This document shows positions 63,697 through 64,000 of a DNA stretch of 64,000 nt, in pieces (the stretch's first letter is position 1; every line of letters starts with the position of its first letter). The position numbers were made by a program, and so were the translations under genes. The notes below the pieces were generated by a model. That model saw only the letters and a list, made by a program, of their open reading frames with translations. It was not told the origin of the DNA and did no database searches. Source of the stretch: Patescibacteria group bacterium (GTDB lineage: Bacteria > Patescibacteriota > Patescibacteriia > Patescibacteriales > UBA12465); contig JALNZW010000001.1 in NCBI GenBank assembly GCA_023229115.1, positions 70,861 to 134,860 of the forward strand, read 5' to 3'.

Positions 63697-64000
63697 ATGA
63701 GTGAAGTTAAAAAAACATCTCCAAAAAAGACGGTTAAAAAGCAGGAAACTAAAAAAACTGTGAAAAAAACCAAAGATAAGGTGGTTGATAAAACTGAAAA
63801 AGCTTCAGTTAAAAAAGCGCCTTCTACTAAATATATTAGAGCTATTGGAAGAAGAAAAACATCCGTTGCTCAGGTTAGACTTTATTTTCCTGGAAAAGGG
63901 GAAATGACTATAAATGATAAAAAAGCATCTGATTTTGTTTCTGAAGATAATTTGAATACTATTTTACAACCATTAAAAGCTTGCTCTAAATTAAATGATT
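63697..64000 (+). CDS. rpsI: 30S ribosomal protein S9, N-terminal part (runs off window), with Lys-rich N-terminal extension
   Basis: Not in the track (no stop within the window). My translation from the ATG at 63697 is MSEVKKTSPKKTVKKQETKKTVKKTKDKVVDKTEKASVKKAPSTKYIRAIGRRKTSVAQVRLYFPGKGEMTIND... GRRKTSVAQV is the S9 signature. Confidence 0.85.
   Translation, partial: MSEVKKTSPKKTVKKQETKKTVKKTKDKVVDKTEKASVKKAPSTKYIRAIGRRKTSVAQVRLYFPGKGEMTINDKKASDFVSEDNLNTILQPLKACSKLND

Overview
AT-rich (roughly 30% GC by eye, not computed), tightly packed bacterial window using the standard genetic code: RF2 is present and the long housekeeping ORFs have no in-frame TGA. No rRNA, tRNA or CRISPR array was recognised.

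The gene content suggests a Patescibacteria/CPR-like organism, but that is inference only. It rests on many type IV pilin fusions, ComEC, a large glycan locus, ribosomal proteins with charged extensions, and a short RpoA.

Layout:
(a) 1-7.9 kb is an accessory island. It holds two DNA methylases (one fused to ParB), a retron-type reverse transcriptase operon (XRE HTH, RT, Cas4-like PD-(D/E)XK nuclease, 4-TM protein) behind a 1.2-kb gene-free promoter-bearing region, an excisionase-type HTH, a GNAT, and an orphan 530-aa protein.
(b) 7.9-24 kb is mostly core: receiver protein, UDG, typA, 7TM-PAS histidine kinase, holB, BNR lipoprotein, frr, rseP, hpf, secA, a nonsense-interrupted Bro-N/DinD-like gene and PspC.
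(c) 24-49.5 kb is a glycan-assembly locus. It has about 10 GT4 domains, UDP-GlcA decarboxylase and 4-epimerase, a priming phosphoglycosyltransferase, a flippase and five SAM methyltransferases including a duplicated GT-MT-MT module. A Fic toxin-like pair is embedded in it. It ends in a Wzy_C/TPR ligase-like protein directly upstream of a pilin-propeller-Hint fusion gene.
(d) 49.6-52.3 kb holds a HigBA-like pair, gene remnants and a methyltransferase.
(e) 52.5-59.8 kb holds two more pilin fusions (FISUMP; 2x DUF1566-like with a perfect 461-bp internal repeat), prfB, comEC, rpmB and an M50 protease.
(f) 59.9-64 kb is infA-rpmJ-rpsM-rpsK-rpsD-rpoA-rplQ-rplM-rpsI.

The top candidates for novelty are the retron/nuclease operon with its unlocated ncRNA, and the pilin-linked glycosylation/Hint system. 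Small GC-rich repeat or palindromic elements are also scattered through the AT-rich background, one of them inserted in frame in a coding gene.
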